From Phoronis australis (Eukaryota; Animalia; Phoronida), in assembly GCA_002633005.1 (NCBI GenBank), contig NMRA01000531.1, forward strand, positions 1 to 64,000: DNA of 64,000 nucleotides, read 5' to 3'. The translations under genes and the position numbers were made by a program. The notes under the pieces were generated by a model. That model searched no databases, had not been told where the DNA came from, and was given only the letters and a program-made list of their open reading frames with translations. The number at the start of each line of letters is the position of its first letter. The first letter of the stretch is position 1. Positions 11,833-25,284 of this stretch are shown here, piece after piece.

Positions 11833-13711
11833 TACGGGTAAATTACAATCAAGGTTAAAATTCGAGAGTCAACTGTGTTACGAGCTAAAATAAAATTTTC
11901 TGGTCACTTACCAAATGCCAACTGAATCCCATATGCATAGGGTTATTTAGTTGTGCAAATTAAAAAAGAATCATCAAAATCGGACAATGTTTGAGAAATT
12001 TATGCATGTTTTTGTCTGTGAATTTCATGTATTTTTTAGCGTTACGAGTGGCCATTTTAAAAATTCCAATTTTCAGATGTCAACAGTGGAAAAGATATTT
12101 ATTTTATTAAGTAAGCAATTGTTTTGACATGACTAGGAATAATCCGAGTCGCTTTCAGAATCACTTATATGAAGTTGTGTTTAATCATTGAGAAATGATG
12201 GGGGTTCATCCTATAACAAGAACTCGTTACGAAATTTGTGAATTCTGTGTTTTTAACCCTCATTTACTGTGAAGAAGGTTAAAAAGTTTACACTCTCTAA
12301 TAAAAAGAACTGCAGAATATGTTAGCCAAACCGAGGCCACACTGTAAATTATTCAATATCTAAACCAACTAAAAGTTTGAATATTGACTGGGTTCAGCTA
12401 TTTGAAAAAGGGCCAAAATGGCTAAAAAAATGTAGTGTACGTACCCCCTGGTGAAATTCAGTAACACAAATGGTGAATGCGAATGAAATTATTGCCTTTT
12501 AAATAACAAAATGGTGCTTTTTATCATCAAAGAAAAATAAATGGCCATAAAACATTATGTTTCCATGTGATGCAGAAACAGTGATGTAGTGCACGTACAA
12601 TTTTTTGTAGTTTACGTACCCCCATGTTTACAAATACCATGAAATTATCACTTTGTAAGTGAGCAACATTGGTCCCAGAAAGTTTCCTTCTTTAAAATCT
12701 TAGGTTAAAAGGGTTTTTGATTATGAATACATTTGTTTTGAGTGATGTATTAGCATTTGTGTAGTGTACGTACCTCTATATTTTAACATGTGCCTGTTTT
12801 CAAAGAATGACAGACAGATATCCACATGCATGTTGTACTTTTTATTTGTTCTTTGAATAGATTTATAGATTTGGAAATTGCAGATTCTAAGTGTTTTTAT
12901 AAACCTGACAAGTCATTGAAATGTGGTGTACGTACCCCTGTGTAGTGTACGTACCTTGAGCCTCTGTGCTATAAAATGTTGCCCACAAGTAGTTTTACAT
13001 ACTGCTGTTATAAAAAATACTGATATTTCCAAAATGCATTTAGTCTGACAAAAAAACAATGGACATTATCAAATTTGTGGACAATAGAATGCCACACAGG
13101 ATTATCCAGTAACATCCCAGAAGACACGTCATGTGACAACCGATGTTACAGAGTCAGGTGCTCTATCACTCGAGACAACTTGCAGCAAGCCAACAAGTAA
13201 TAGCAGCACAAAACTCGAGACCATCCCATAAATTTTGTAACTTTGTCAAAATTTGATGTTGATTGACTGTGCATTAATACTTAGTGTACGTACCCCCAAC
13301 CATCCCATTTTTACTGTTAACATGTTGAACACTGGACCTAGCATTGCTTTAACTATTTTGACCAACTGGTGAATATATTGTATACTAGGCAAATAACACC
13401 AATAAAGTTTTTAAAAAAGTAGTTACTTATCGTTCTCTTTATGTAAGAATCAAATTCAAGAGAAAAGGTTCTCATTATACTCATATATGCAATTCATCAT
13501 CATCTAGGACAACTTGATCAGCACGGTAATATTTTTTCTTACTTCAGTATGTGATACTTCTTCAATTTAAGCAAGAAGTTATTAAATTAACAGCTACAAA
13601 CCTGGAATTATGGTACTTTAAAATAACCCAGCTTTTATAGTTATATGACATCCTTCATTTTTAACCAAAAGTGGCCACCGAATATGGACCTTGATTGTGA
13701 TTTGCACGGTA
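11833..13711. mobile_element. Non-autonomous TIR DNA transposon (about 1.9 kb, TA-flanked, Tc1/mariner-like ends)
   Basis: Imperfect TIRs: TACGGGTAAATTACAATCAAGGTTAAAATTCG on the left, TACCGTGCAAATCACAATCAAGGTCCATATTCG as the reverse complement on the right. An internal motif GTAGTGTACGTACC recurs about 7 times between 12430 and 13295. Confidence 0.6.
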
Positions 13712-14477
13712 GCTATGTAGGTCACGTTCATCTATTGTCGGTGCTTGGCATTTAAACAAAGTTACTTTACACAGATGACTGCTTCCGATAGTCTGGTCTC
13801 CTCATTTAAACTGCTGTATAGAAGGATCAGTGGTTCCCTGAGCAAGTCTGGTCATCTCACTTTCACTTTTGTCCATGACAAGATTCAAGGGGGAATCAAC
13901 AATTGGTCGGACTTCAAAACCCCTTCCCCAGACTTCAAAATCACTTTCCAGGACTTCCAAAACCAGTCGCCTTGGGTGCAAAACCGAAATCAACAGGTTC
14001 GTTTATTGCTGCGATTGCGCTTTTGAATAGGCTACAAACTGACGAATGTTTATCTTGAAACAATATACATGTATCATATTAGAATCAAGCTTTGGACACT
14101 GCAACGTTAAAAATTATCGAATTACCCGCGCAATCGAGAATTCCCGCGCATGAGGAACACGTACCTGGGCCCAGAATCTGATCTTTGTACTCGAAACGAA
14201 CTCGAAATTATTTTTGGCAATTTCTCTGCTGCTTTTGTGCGAACTTAAGATAAGTGGTTATAAGACTATGCTCAAATACATTACAATTTACGCAAATGAG
14301 TTTCTAGTCAAACTTTGCACTTGATAAACCTTATAGCCGGGCTACAAACTCCGAGTAAAAACTTGAAATTTCGAGTTCAAACTAGAACTTTTAGCCTGTA
14401 TGTTGGGTTAACTTTATCAACTGCAAACCAGGACTAAAAATTATCCACGTAAGTCATTATGTACTCGAGCATAGAAT

Positions 14478-15352
14478 AAATATAGATTATTACATGGCGA
14501 AGTCGTTATCCCCCGTTATCTAGAGCCCGAGTGGATTTTGAAGAATTATCACAATTGGGGCTAACGCCCCTCGGGCGATAATTCTCCAAAATCCACGAGG
14601 GCTCTAGATAAGGGGGTTAACGACTGAGAACGTGTAATAATCTATTTATACCACATACTGAACGAGAAACATTGCAATCAATCGATCTACCTTTCTCGAC
14701 TCGCCTCGGCTTTGTAACTACTTTCTATGTCAGAGGCCCGGGGTCGGAGGTCGTGACCTTTTAAGAAAAGCCGAGCTATCTTTGTCAAATAATGCTTATA
14801 TTCAAAACCAATTGAAAATTTAAACAAAATAGAAATAAAGTGAATCTATAAACTAAGGTTTAGCAACTATTATAGCTTACTACACATTTTATCACGCTGA
14901 GCTTCGACCGGGAAAATAGCGTCTGCTAAAGTACTACTAGGTTACCACTAGTAACTGACTATAGTGCTCAAGTCAAAGGATCCCGACGACACGATACCCG
15001 CATTCAAATTGGAGATCGGGGAATTACAAGTGAAGGAACACGATAGAAAATTTTCACTGAATTAAAATATCGTTTTAATGAAAATTATGCGTCTTATTTT
15101 TCATAGCGCCAAATGTCGGTTCAATGTCCTTTGCTGAACATTGTTGTGCGTGCTCATTTAAGTATTCTATTTTCACGTTCGATGACGTCAGCCGCTGAGT
15201 GGTGTGGTGGTAAAGTCGGCAACTCGAAACTCTTGAAGCCCGGGTTCAAATCCGGCCTCGGTTTCCCGCCAAATTGATATCTCACTAGTGAGATAACTTT
15301 ATGGGTTATTTCACGGTTGCATCTGCCATTCGAGGCTAATATTGTGGTATAA
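14478..15352. mobile_element. Hairpin-ended non-autonomous element (Crypton-like architecture, family inferred)
   Basis: A near-perfect 168-bp palindrome at 14480-14647 (ATAGATTATTACA...TGTAATAATCTAT) is followed by TTATACCACA. The complement TGTGGTATAA lies at about 15343-15352. Confidence 0.5.
15191..15265 (+). repeat. tRNA-derived (SINE-head-like) Pol III sequence; not a functional tRNA
   Basis: A-box-like TGGTGTGGTGG and B-box GGTTCAAATCC within a CCGG/CCGG T-stem at tRNA-like spacing. Acceptor and anticodon stems pair poorly. Confidence 0.55.
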
Positions 15353-15891
15353 TAGACACTTATCTTGCGTTCTCACCAAATTATAGTAGAAAATGCCAAA
15401 CATAATTTCGAATTCCATTTTGAGTGAAAAGATTGGAGCCCGGGCCCAGGAAGGAGGCACTTACTGCAATAAAACTGATCTCAGTTTGATGCGTACTCAG
15501 ATGAGATGCGATTTATGTGTTAGCAAGTAACTGACGGTGATTCCTTTGGACGATACACCGTGCATAATATGACACGCCGTTACAAGCAGTCTTGTGGACC
15601 CTAGTCTACTGTCAGCTCTTTCAAAGCCCTGAAACCACATCCATTTTGACTAATGAACAATAGCGGAGTTGCAACCGAATCGATTTAACGATTGCGCATG
15701 TCCGGAAATTAGGGTGCGCAAAAGCTACTGGGATTGTTGATGGTAAACGGGATGGCCGACTGGTTTGCACGACGTGTAATTTGTGTGCATTAAACTACGC
15801 TGTTGTATGTAATTCTGCCGCTATTCGCCCTAATTAGCGCCCATGGCTCAACAAGTGCCCCAACGCGTTTTCAGACTTTGCTAAAGTAAGC

Positions 15892-16680
15892 NNNNNNNNN
15901 NNNNNNNNNNNNNNNNNNNNNNNNNNNNNNNNNNNNNNNNNNNNNNNNNNNNNNNNNNNNNNNNNNNNNNNNNNNNNNNNNNNNNNNNNNNNNNNNNNNN
16001 NNNNNNNNNNNNNNNNNNNNNNNNNNNNNNNNNNNNNNNNNNNNNNNNNNNNNNNNNNNNNNNNNNNNNNNNNNNNNNNNNNNNNNNNNNNNNNNNNNNN
16101 NNNNNNNNNNNNNNNNNNNNNNNNNNNNNNNNNNNNNNNNNNNNNNNNNNNNNNNNNNNNNNNNNNNNNNNNNNNNNNNNNNNNNNNNNNNNNNNNNNNN
16201 NNNNNNNNNNNNNNNNNNNNNNNNNNNNNNNNNNNNNNNNNNNNNNNNNNNNNNNNNNNNNNNNNNNNNNNNNNNNNNNNNNNNNNNNNNNNNNNNNNNN
16301 NNNNNNNNNNNNNNNNNNNNNNNNNNNNNNNNNNNNNNNNNNNNNNNNNNNNNNNNNNNNNNNNNNNNNNNNNNNNNNNNNNNNNNNNNNNNNNNNNNNN
16401 NNNNNNNNNNNNNNNNNNNNNNNNNNNNNNNNNNNNNNNNNNNNNNNNNNNNNNNNNNNNNNNNNNNNNNNNNNNNNNNNNNNNNNNNNNNNNNNNNNNN
16501 NNNNNNNNNNNNNNNNNNNNNNNNNNNNNNNNNNNNNNNNNNNNNNNNNNNNNNNNNNNNNNNNNNNNNNNNNNNNNNNNNNNNNNNNNNNNNNNNNNNN
16601 NNNNNNNNNNNNNNNNNNNNNNNNNNNNNNNNNNNNNNNNNNNNNNNNNNNNNNNNNNNNNNNNNNNNNNNNNNNNNNNN
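15892..16680. other. Assembly gap (789 N)
   Basis: Run of N. Confidence 1.
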
Positions 16681-18399
16681 CTAAACGACGTTCCTGGTGG
16701 AATCGATGAGTGTTTTTGTACTGTTTGAAAACGCGTCGACAGAGACAAGAGGCGATGCTTTTCAACAGTGAATCGTACGTTCATGATATGGAAATTTGTA
16801 AAGGTGACGATGAAAAAATAAGTGCTCGAGGAGCCAGCGAAAATCCGAAGAACCCCTCGGCCTCGGGGCCACCTTCACCTGACAAATAACAAGGCCACTG
16901 ATACGATATGTTCATGTAAAGCTGGGTATGTACCTTAAAGTCGAATTATCTGTACGATTCCATAGATTTCATGATCTTTCGAATAAAGTCAGTGAAGATC
17001 CACCGATGTTTTTATTCTGTCGTCTGCTAAATTTCGCCAAATGAAAAGTAGGTCATAGATTACAGACAACACATGCACTATAGTGTCTGACTAGGTCGAC
17101 TCGATAGCACTGTTTACGCTTTTCTAATCTTGTAACGAAATATTTTGATAAAAAAATTCAGGTTCATAGCTGCAGGTACACACTCATCTCGTCCTGGCCA
17201 AACAGTTAGCACCTGTAGGTCTAGGGCAGTGTCTAAGTAAAATTAATGTCTGGAATTCAGTGGCGAATCTAAGAAACCACAGGGGGGGCCAACATATGTT
17301 GCCTCGTGGAATTGGGCTAAGTGCAATTGTATGTGCACAGGCGGCCCGAAAGTTGCAGGGGCCAGGGATGTAAACCGTTGGACCTTCTGTTCAGAAAATC
17401 TATCGGTGGACTAAAAAAACAGGAACACGATTCCGCCGCGATCTGGGGTCTGAGCCCCCCCCCCTCTTCCGCTACCAGTCCAAGTTACTGAACTCAGTAT
17501 TTTCGTTGTGGCAAACTTGTAAGAAGATGTTATGTTCGTAACTAAGCAAGTGAAACTTCTGGTTGCACAGAATTCTCTCCAGGTAACACATACTCTTCCT
17601 CTGAGTAAGGGGATTGGAGGGGTTCAAAAGGAAAGTTTGAAAAACTTAGGACTTGCGACGTATGTTTTAAGATGATGCAACTGTCACAATAAATGCCACC
17701 TACTATGTCTTTACCCGTCTCTTTTAGTGAAAACTACTACACTGAGCATGGCATATTGTGTGATTAATGTTAACAGGATCTAGAAAAAATTAAAACCTTA
17801 ATAAAACGGATTTTATCTCAATTCAGGTCAATTTAAACTTAAGTCTTACTAATACTATTTCAGCACAACTCCAATTAGTTTTAAACTTAATCGCGTTTAC
17901 TTTAAAATGACCGCCTTAGTGACTGACAGCTGTCTCATGTATTATGGGCACATTAAAATGCCGCCATATGTAATGAGGATTCCGCGGATAGAGAATAAGA
18001 CAAACACAAACACTTCCGAAAGTTACGAAATATTTATATTTTAGTGAAACCTTGACAATGACGAAATTCACCCTGTGTTCTAAATAAGTGAATGAGTTAA
18101 GACGTTTTACAAAATCGAGTAGAACTATCTTCATCACTCAGTGTGTAACGCTGTATCAGTTTTTAAGACACCTGTGCCGTCTGTTTTCGTCAAATACATT
18201 TTAATCTGGCTCATCAACATTGATTGCAATGTGGCTGTTTCGCTAAAACTTCGTGACATTGTCTTTTGTTGAGCCCGAAATACGCAATTTTAGGATTATT
18301 GTTGATAGTTGGTATTTTTTTTTAGTTATTAGTTTTCGCCAAAGTTCGTCGTTTCTGTGGTTTTACTTCAAATCGTTGTCGGTCTACCAGCCATTCGTT

Positions 18400-18900
18400 A
18401 AGGCTGGTGACTTTATCAGTTGAAAACAGTTAAAATACCCTGCGGTCTGTTGAGTGGGATTCATCTCACCCAGCAGAGCGTTTGGCTGCGACACCAGAGT
18501 TTCGGGTTCTTCTGCGTTCACAGTCATACAGTTTAAATGTTCAGTCTGATCTTCTGGGCACAATCTGCCGTCCATCGGAGTGACGCTGTCGAACCTCACA
18601 GTTTTTCCTTCCGAAGCGGAGGACCCGGCGTTTTCTACACCTGAGCAACCACAGGACGAGCACCACACCGTCGAGTATCCGTTTGCATCGCCATGATGGG
18701 TAGAATACATGCATGTCTGGCTACCTTCTGCCAGATGAGTGATCCAGGCAGGAAGGTGCGCATGCTGGCCTAACCCAACATTCTCCGTCTTCGTGACAGC
18801 TCATGGGTTTATTTCGTAGAGTCGTTTTCCTAGACTGGTTGCCTTCCATGGCTGACGGGCCTAGACTACCCATTCAGTTGTCCTCGTAAACAATTTGTCG
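18400..18900 (-). mobile_element. Probable RTE-clade LINE 5' UTR / ORF-start fragment
   Basis: Minus strand GGGTAGTCTAGGCCCGTCAGCCATGGAAGGCAACCAGTCTAGGAAAACGACTC...AAACC resembles the conserved RTE 5'-UTR motif (GGCAACCAGTCTAGGAGAAGG, recalled). It sits in a GC-rich island within AT-rich sequence. Confidence 0.45.
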
Positions 18901-19699
18901 CCCACTAGGAGCAATGTTCTTACAGGATACCCAGAAAACAGTTTCGGGTTCGATTCTGCTCTGGAACTGATATCAGAAAATGAGTTTTCTCGCCTATAAT
19001 GTCCTTGACTTTCGTAAAAATGAGCAAATGATGGTGTTATAGTAAACCAGGTTTTGCTCTTAAACGAGAAGATAGTAGTTTTTAGTGTCATTTTGGTTAA
19101 ATTGCGGTTTATTTCGTAACTACAGATAATTTTTTAAGTAATGCAATTTCCTGGCACTAAATAATTATGCACACGTTCTCTCCAAAAGTGACGTTCGCGA
19201 GCAAAATCATTCTCTGCCAGGTTTGTTTGAGCGACACTCACTGTGAAGATCCGCCGATTGTATTCTTATTCCAATTATATGTCTTCGACGGATTTTCTCC
19301 GAGATAGAACTAGAATTTATCCATTGATTGATCTGCAGCATTGGAAAATCCGAAATTAATAATTACAGCATTTATCTCCAAGGAACTTGAAATTCAAATT
19401 CTGTCCATATTAAAAGTGTTGACGACAAGAATCAAAAATGTTTAATCAAAATGGCTTGGACAAAGAAATAAAAACATTTTGTGTCACTTACTTGGCAAAA
19501 AAGAGCAACCTCGAAGCCATCATTGCGCGGGAGGTGGTTCGAATTTCTAGAACGGTGGACCTTGGATATTTTGCAAGCGCTGACACTGAGTTTTTGGTTG
19601 TATTTTTGCGTTTCTCTACTCCGAAAATTCACTTCTTCGAAGGTCCACTAATTCCGGGGGTTCACTACTCCAAAAATATATGAAATGTCGGTCTCCAGG

Positions 19700-22620
19700 T
19701 GTAATTTTTGTACTCTAGACCTGCTTTTCCTTAATAATGTTAACGTACTCGTCGAGGTTTCTCAATGTAAGAAAACACGGTAGTTAAATGTCTGGATTTT
19801 GAGCAACGACGGAGGACTGCCTATAGTGAACTTACCCTTGGCGTGTAACGGAAACGCGGACACGTGTATACGCATGCTTGTAAATCCACCAATCCACACT
19901 CAAAGCAGACACTAGATGAACGACATATTTGACGATCACTTTCAATTCGAAATTTGAAAATGCCTGCACTTTATCGTACTTTGCTAGCAAGGATACCAAA
20001 ATGGCAGATAACAAACCTATTTTGGCTGTTAGCATTTATTTATTTCATTCCCACAGTAGGCCGACACAAGTTTCAGAACTAGCGTAAAACGTGATGTCAA
20101 CTGCACTGCTTTTTGGCCGGGTACGGCCCTATGATTACGTGAAGGGCTTGGAATCAGAAGCTAATTCAAAATCGTTACTAACGTAGTTATAATTGCAGTT
20201 AGCAGTAGCAGTAGCTGCAACAATTTTGTTGTTGTCCATCTATATCCTATCATTAGTGAATAGGCTGGAGGTTGACCGTTTCTGGGAGGGGTTCGATTGA
20301 GCCCGGCTCCGAAATGGCTTCGGGCCAAACAGTCAATACATGATCCGAGCAGCTCGGGGAAAAACAAAACGAAGATCGCGAAAGTTCTGACCACGTATGA
20401 GTCTCATTTTGTAAACAGTGACGCGACGTGGCACTGAGGATTAAGTTTTCTCTGGGGCTCAATATTATGTTGAAACTCTTGTGATCATTATGTGCTTAGC
20501 AAAATTCCTGATAAGTAAAGCAAGCTTAACAAATATCCGCTTTATAGCTATCAGTTGTCATATCCAAGAAAAGGTGAGTCATTAGCCTTCAATTTCTCAA
20601 ATACGATTTATTGTAAATAATCTCAGTGGATGGTTTCCACCCCGTAGTTGATGTCAGTGATTAGTAAAGTTGGCGAGAAACCAAAAATATTCGCTCGCTA
20701 GCATGAGGCTGTTTCGGAATGCAGAAACCGGATATTCTCGCGTCGGGGGCTATGTCTTCCCCGCAAGTAGTCACTTTTTCAACGAAAAATACGGGCGAGG
20801 CATCGGATAATTTTTATTGGTAAAAAGCAAAAAATAATTATCTTAGATCTGTGTTAGCACGTCGAATAAATCCTTGGAATTTTTCACTCAAGACTTCAGT
20901 GGTTGGAAAATGCTAGTTCAAGTCGGTACTAAAATACTTTGGATTTCATGCGCATGCGAAATTGCCCGCATGTCTTACGAAGACGAAAAAATGAGAACGT
21001 TATTGCATTATAAAAATAAAGAGAGGGAATATTGATAAACTATAAAACACGATACATTCATCAAATCCATGTCAAGGTCGCATCATTTCACAGCGCGACT
21101 GAAAAGCTTAGGGCTGCTGCGCCTGAACCTCACCCATCGGAACCACGCACACGGCCGGGTCGAAATTAAATGTAGTTAGCATGTTACCCTTTCCCTGCCA
21201 GTCGTCACGAAGTCAGAGAGCCCCATTTAGTCTTCTTTAATTTAAAACCGTTGGTCGCCGCAATCCTGGCGCGTGCCCCAGATGTACATGCTTGAGGATG
21301 AGTCGTTAGTGAGATTCAAGAATCACTATTGGCAGTGATTGAAACTGAGCTCATTTGTAAACAATGAAATCTATGTATTAAGAACTAACATTTGCGCACT
21401 CTTAAATTGTTACTGAATGGACACAAATACAATACTTTATTCACGTCTGTTAAAACGACTCATTAGCAGACAATCAGAGTAATGAACTGTGTGTCGACAG
21501 TGGTTTGAGGTCGGGATCCTGTTCGAATCCCGGCTTCACTGGCTGACAATCGATTATTGCACAAAGGTGTCTCCTACTCCTCTGAGCTCCGTCTTCGTAG
21601 CGAATGTTTGCATGGGTGTGAATTAGAACTTGGATTTAATGCAAAAGAGACTCCTGGGGCTGTGTTTATATTTAAGAAATAAAAATAACTGTCGGAGTTC
21701 TGGTTTTGGAGTTGCGGACATTCGAAGTAGAGAACTTTGGAAAGTGGCGAACCTTCGGAGTAGCGAACCTTCGGAATAGTGACATTTAACCTTGGAAATC
21801 TTTTCCACCAAGTTGGTTGTCCGTGTGAAGTCTGTGAGGCTGTGCACCATTGACACTAATGACAAGAGAAGTCTATCTTCATTGTCCAAAGTTTTTATTG
21901 GGTCTAGACCTATTATTCCCCAAAAATATGATCATGCTCGTAGGTGTTTCCTCAATGCAAGAAAACATGGTTATAGTTAAATGTCTGGTTTTTGAGCAAC
22001 GACAGAGGGCTGCCTATCATGAACATACCGTTAGCTTCAACTGTATCAAAAGTACGGAAACGCAAACACGTGTACACGCATGCATGTCAATCCACAAATC
22101 CATAACGAAGTGGACATTGGATAAAAAACATTCCTGTATTTGACGAACACTTTCAATTCCAAATTTGAAAACTCCTGCCCTTTACCGTACTATGCTAGCA
22201 AGCAATATCAGATAACGAACCTATTTTATGTTGTTCTGTTTCTTGGTCGATTTTAAGGCATTCACACCGCACTGTGACTTTTTGGGAGCTCTCTCGCTGC
22301 TAAATAGCTTAGCTAGGTATAGACATTTATTTCTAGACTCTCTTGTTACACTACGGACCACCACCGTGCGTTCAGTGCCGATGAGTAACATAAAGCCTCC
22401 TCTAATCGTCTGTCATCTACTCAACTGCTACTTGGGCGTAGTTGGCCGGGAACGGCCCTACGATTACGTGAAGCGCTTGGAATCAGAAGCAAATTCAGAA
22501 TTATTACTTACTCAGTTATCACTGTAGTTAGTAGTACCAGTTGCAACAATTTTGTTGTTGTCCATCTGTATCCTATCTTTAACGGATAGGCTGGCGCTGA
22601 ACCTTTTCTTCGGAGGGGCC
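19700..22620. repeat. Diverged direct duplication: about 19700-20290 versus about 21890-22620
   Basis: Colinear shared blocks include TCTAGACCT, CTCAATG.AAGAAAACA.GG, TAGTTAAATGTCTGG.TTTTGAGCAACGAC, CACTTTCAATTC.AAATTTGAAAA, CGGCCCTA.GATTACGTGAAG.GCTTGGAATCAGAAGC and TGCAACAATTTTGTTGTTGTCCATCT.TATCCTATC. Confidence 0.9.
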
Positions 22621-24517
22621 CCTGGCTACGGGATTCCGCAGACATGACAAACATATGAGTAAAATTAAGAAAAGGGTATAAAAGAACTCTTCAGGACATT
22701 TCTCAAATTTCATTGCATGTGACTGTGTTTCGACGGGTGAACAAACTAGGAATTTTGGATGCCCACCTTTATAGTCGGAAAGATGAAAGCCTACCTCTTA
22801 GAGAATAAGAACGATTATAAGGCACCCATTTTTGAGACCTGTGAACAATTCATCGTTTTCTATAGATTTTTTTACTGCGTACTCCCTTTTTATAAAAATG
22901 TTTATTTACTGAATCAAAATTAAAAACGGCGGATTATGTTATTTTGTGAAACCCTTTTGAAGGTTTTTATACAAAAATAGACTCAAAAATTGAACCCTTT
23001 CTTAGGGACTTTAAAATCGGAAAAGTCAGCCTTTTGTAGGTTGGTTTGGTGCGTTCTGTCCTGTATAGTTCATCTTTGTCAACATCCGATGGAGTCTATT
23101 AAAAACATTTGATGTTAATCCTCAAAAGACATTGACTGCTAGTAAATAGCGTGATTAGTCACCGATTTTTCCAGCGGCTCAGTTGCTGAACTGAAATAAA
23201 AGAGAGCGAACGGAGAGCAGCATCATTATCAACCCCAAAAACGTGTTCTTCCCAATTGTTTGCTCATTTTAATTTTCTAAAACTGAGATGAGCATGGTTG
23301 CTTTGTACTTGACTTTGGGATTGGTGCTCCAGTTCGAAATGTTTATCTTTTTATCAGGGATTTTCATGAGACACGATCGAGTTCTTACAATAAATCGGAC
23401 GTTTCTACCGTCAATGACAACAACCTTGATTCTAATAACGTAGATGCGTGAATAGGCGCATGTGTTAGCGTAGATCGTGTCTTTGTTTTGTTGCAAACAA
23501 GCATGTTTTCATTGATGGACTTAACTTGAGAAATAACAAATTTGCGTTAATTCGTCTTAGCTTAATGGATCAAACGTACAATAGATGTCGAATTAGATAA
23601 GTGCATTTTTTAATTTTTACTATTAATATTATTATTCATCTTACTGTAAAGTCTTCATGTTCTCATTCATGCACTATTTTCTATCATCACTTATCATCTT
23701 ATTGTAGTTTCTGTTTTTCTCGTTGAAATTCTTGAATCCTTGCAAGACTGTTGAAAGATAGAGTGGTAGTCACATATTGACATGTTCTTTGGTCGTCCAG
23801 CAATCTCTTTCATGTGTAAACGGAGTCTTACAGGCTGTTATATCTATCTTTTCAGATCGCTGCTTGAGTACTAAAGACATCTGCTGTTTGTGGGGATGCC
23901 CTTGTGGCCGGCCGCCAACGAACACTTCACAGTTAACTCTAAGAGCGCCATGTTAATTTTGGAATGAGCAAATCCAAACTTCAGTGCTGAGGATAATTTG
24001 TCAACGGATTATTTTTGAAAAGTATTAATTCTGTGAAGTGTAAAATATCGAGTGTTCGTCGGCGTAACAGCACATTTATCCCTGCATTGGAGTGTGAGGA
24101 TTTCATAGGAGTGAAAGTCAAATGTAGTAGAACTGAACACGCAGGCAAAAGATTGAAAACATAAATAGACGATACCATTTATTGTGTGTCCAATTTAGCC
24201 TTTCTACAACAGAAATGGTCAAGTTGAAATTACTTTAGGGATTTGTTTTAAACCCACCATTCAAAAAGGAATGTTACAGCCATCAAGGACACCACTTTTA
24301 TATTCGTGATATTAGTCTCAAATAAAGTGTACCCACGTTTTCTGCATACACATTGTAACATTTCAGTTGATCAAACCTACCGGTACAATTATTACTACGT
24401 GCATGGTGACAATTATTTATGTTTACTGTGGTGCCTTGATGTATACATTTTAGATTGATTTTGTGACGATCACTGTTATATTGAAACATGTCCTCTTCAT
24501 CAGTAAGACATAATCGG

Positions 24518-25284
24518 CAGTGCTGTAGTGGTAAAATAAGAGGTAATTAGGCGCCCGGGCCAAAGCCCACCGTATTACCTAGAGCACTGAACATAACTTA
24601 CGGTGCGTAGGCGCTACGTTCAAATGCCAGAAGGTATGGTGGGCCGTTGAGGGGAAAGTGTCGCCGTAAAATTACGCTCGTAATTACGAGCGTAAATTAA
24701 ATTGCAGGAGTGTCGCCGTACAATTACGCTCGTAAATTAAATGGGGAAAAGTTTCGCCGTAAAATTACGCTCGAAATTACGAGCGTAAGTTAAATTGCAA
24801 AAGTGTTGCAGTAAAATTACGCCCGTAAATTAAATGGGGGAAATGTCGCCGTAAATTACGCTCGTAAAATACCTTAAGAACGTTCCAAGTTTAAACCAAT
24901 CAGTGATGACCTAACATATCCGACTGTTGCTGGGCAGCTCGTTCTTGCACAATCGCTGACATGGTAGCAGCAATTTGATCCGCCATGATTCAGCGCTCGT
25001 ATCGTAGACAGTCCGTCAGTAAATAAGAATGTTTATGAGCGCGCGCGATCGTGGATTGTAAAACCCAACGTCATTGGCTAAGAGTTTAAACTAAATTACG
25101 AGCGTAATTTTACGCCGTAAAGAATTAAATTACGCTCGTAATTTTACGGCGTAATTAACGGCGTAAAAAAACGGCATAATGTACACAATTACGCTCGTAT
25201 TTTTCCGGCGACACTTTCCCCCCAACGGCCCATCATAAGAAGGTGGTTGGCTGCGCCTACGGTCGCCTACGCCCCACAGCACTG
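24518..25284. mobile_element. hAT-type MITE (outer element of a nested pair)
   Basis: Termini CAGTGCTGT...ACAGCACTG. 8-bp TSD ATAATCGG (24510-24517) / ATAATCAG (25285-25292), one mismatch. Confidence 0.8.
24635..25237. mobile_element. IS3EU-like MITE nested inside the hAT MITE
   Basis: TIRs TATGGTGGGCCGTTGAGGGGAAAGTGTCGCCG and reverse complement TATGATGGGCCGTTGGGGGGAAAGTGTCGCCG. Exact 6-bp TSD AGAAGG (24629-24634, 25238-25243). Subterminal arrays of AATTACGCTCGTAA. Confidence 0.75.

Larger units (their letters stand above)
14165..15449. mobile_element. MITE with GGCCC termini and CWG flanks (PIF/Harbinger-like), carrying a nested insertion; a related fragment lies at 51565-52224
   Basis: Imperfect TIRs of about 45 bp: CTGGGCCCAGAATCTGATCTTTGTACTCGAAACGAACTCGAAATT versus the reverse complement CTGGGCCCGGGCTCCAATCTTTTCACTCAAAATGGAATTCGAAATT. 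Internal GAGTAAAAACTTGAAATTTC-like text and the terminal sequence recur near 51580 and 52200. Confidence 0.6.

Noticed and set aside
15191-15265. Functional tRNA gene
   Set aside because: Only the A/B boxes and T-arm are convincing and the cloverleaf does not close. A similar isolated B-box lies near 21520.
15834-16784. 316-aa and 294-aa ORFs in the ORF track
   Set aside because: They consist almost entirely of the N gap.
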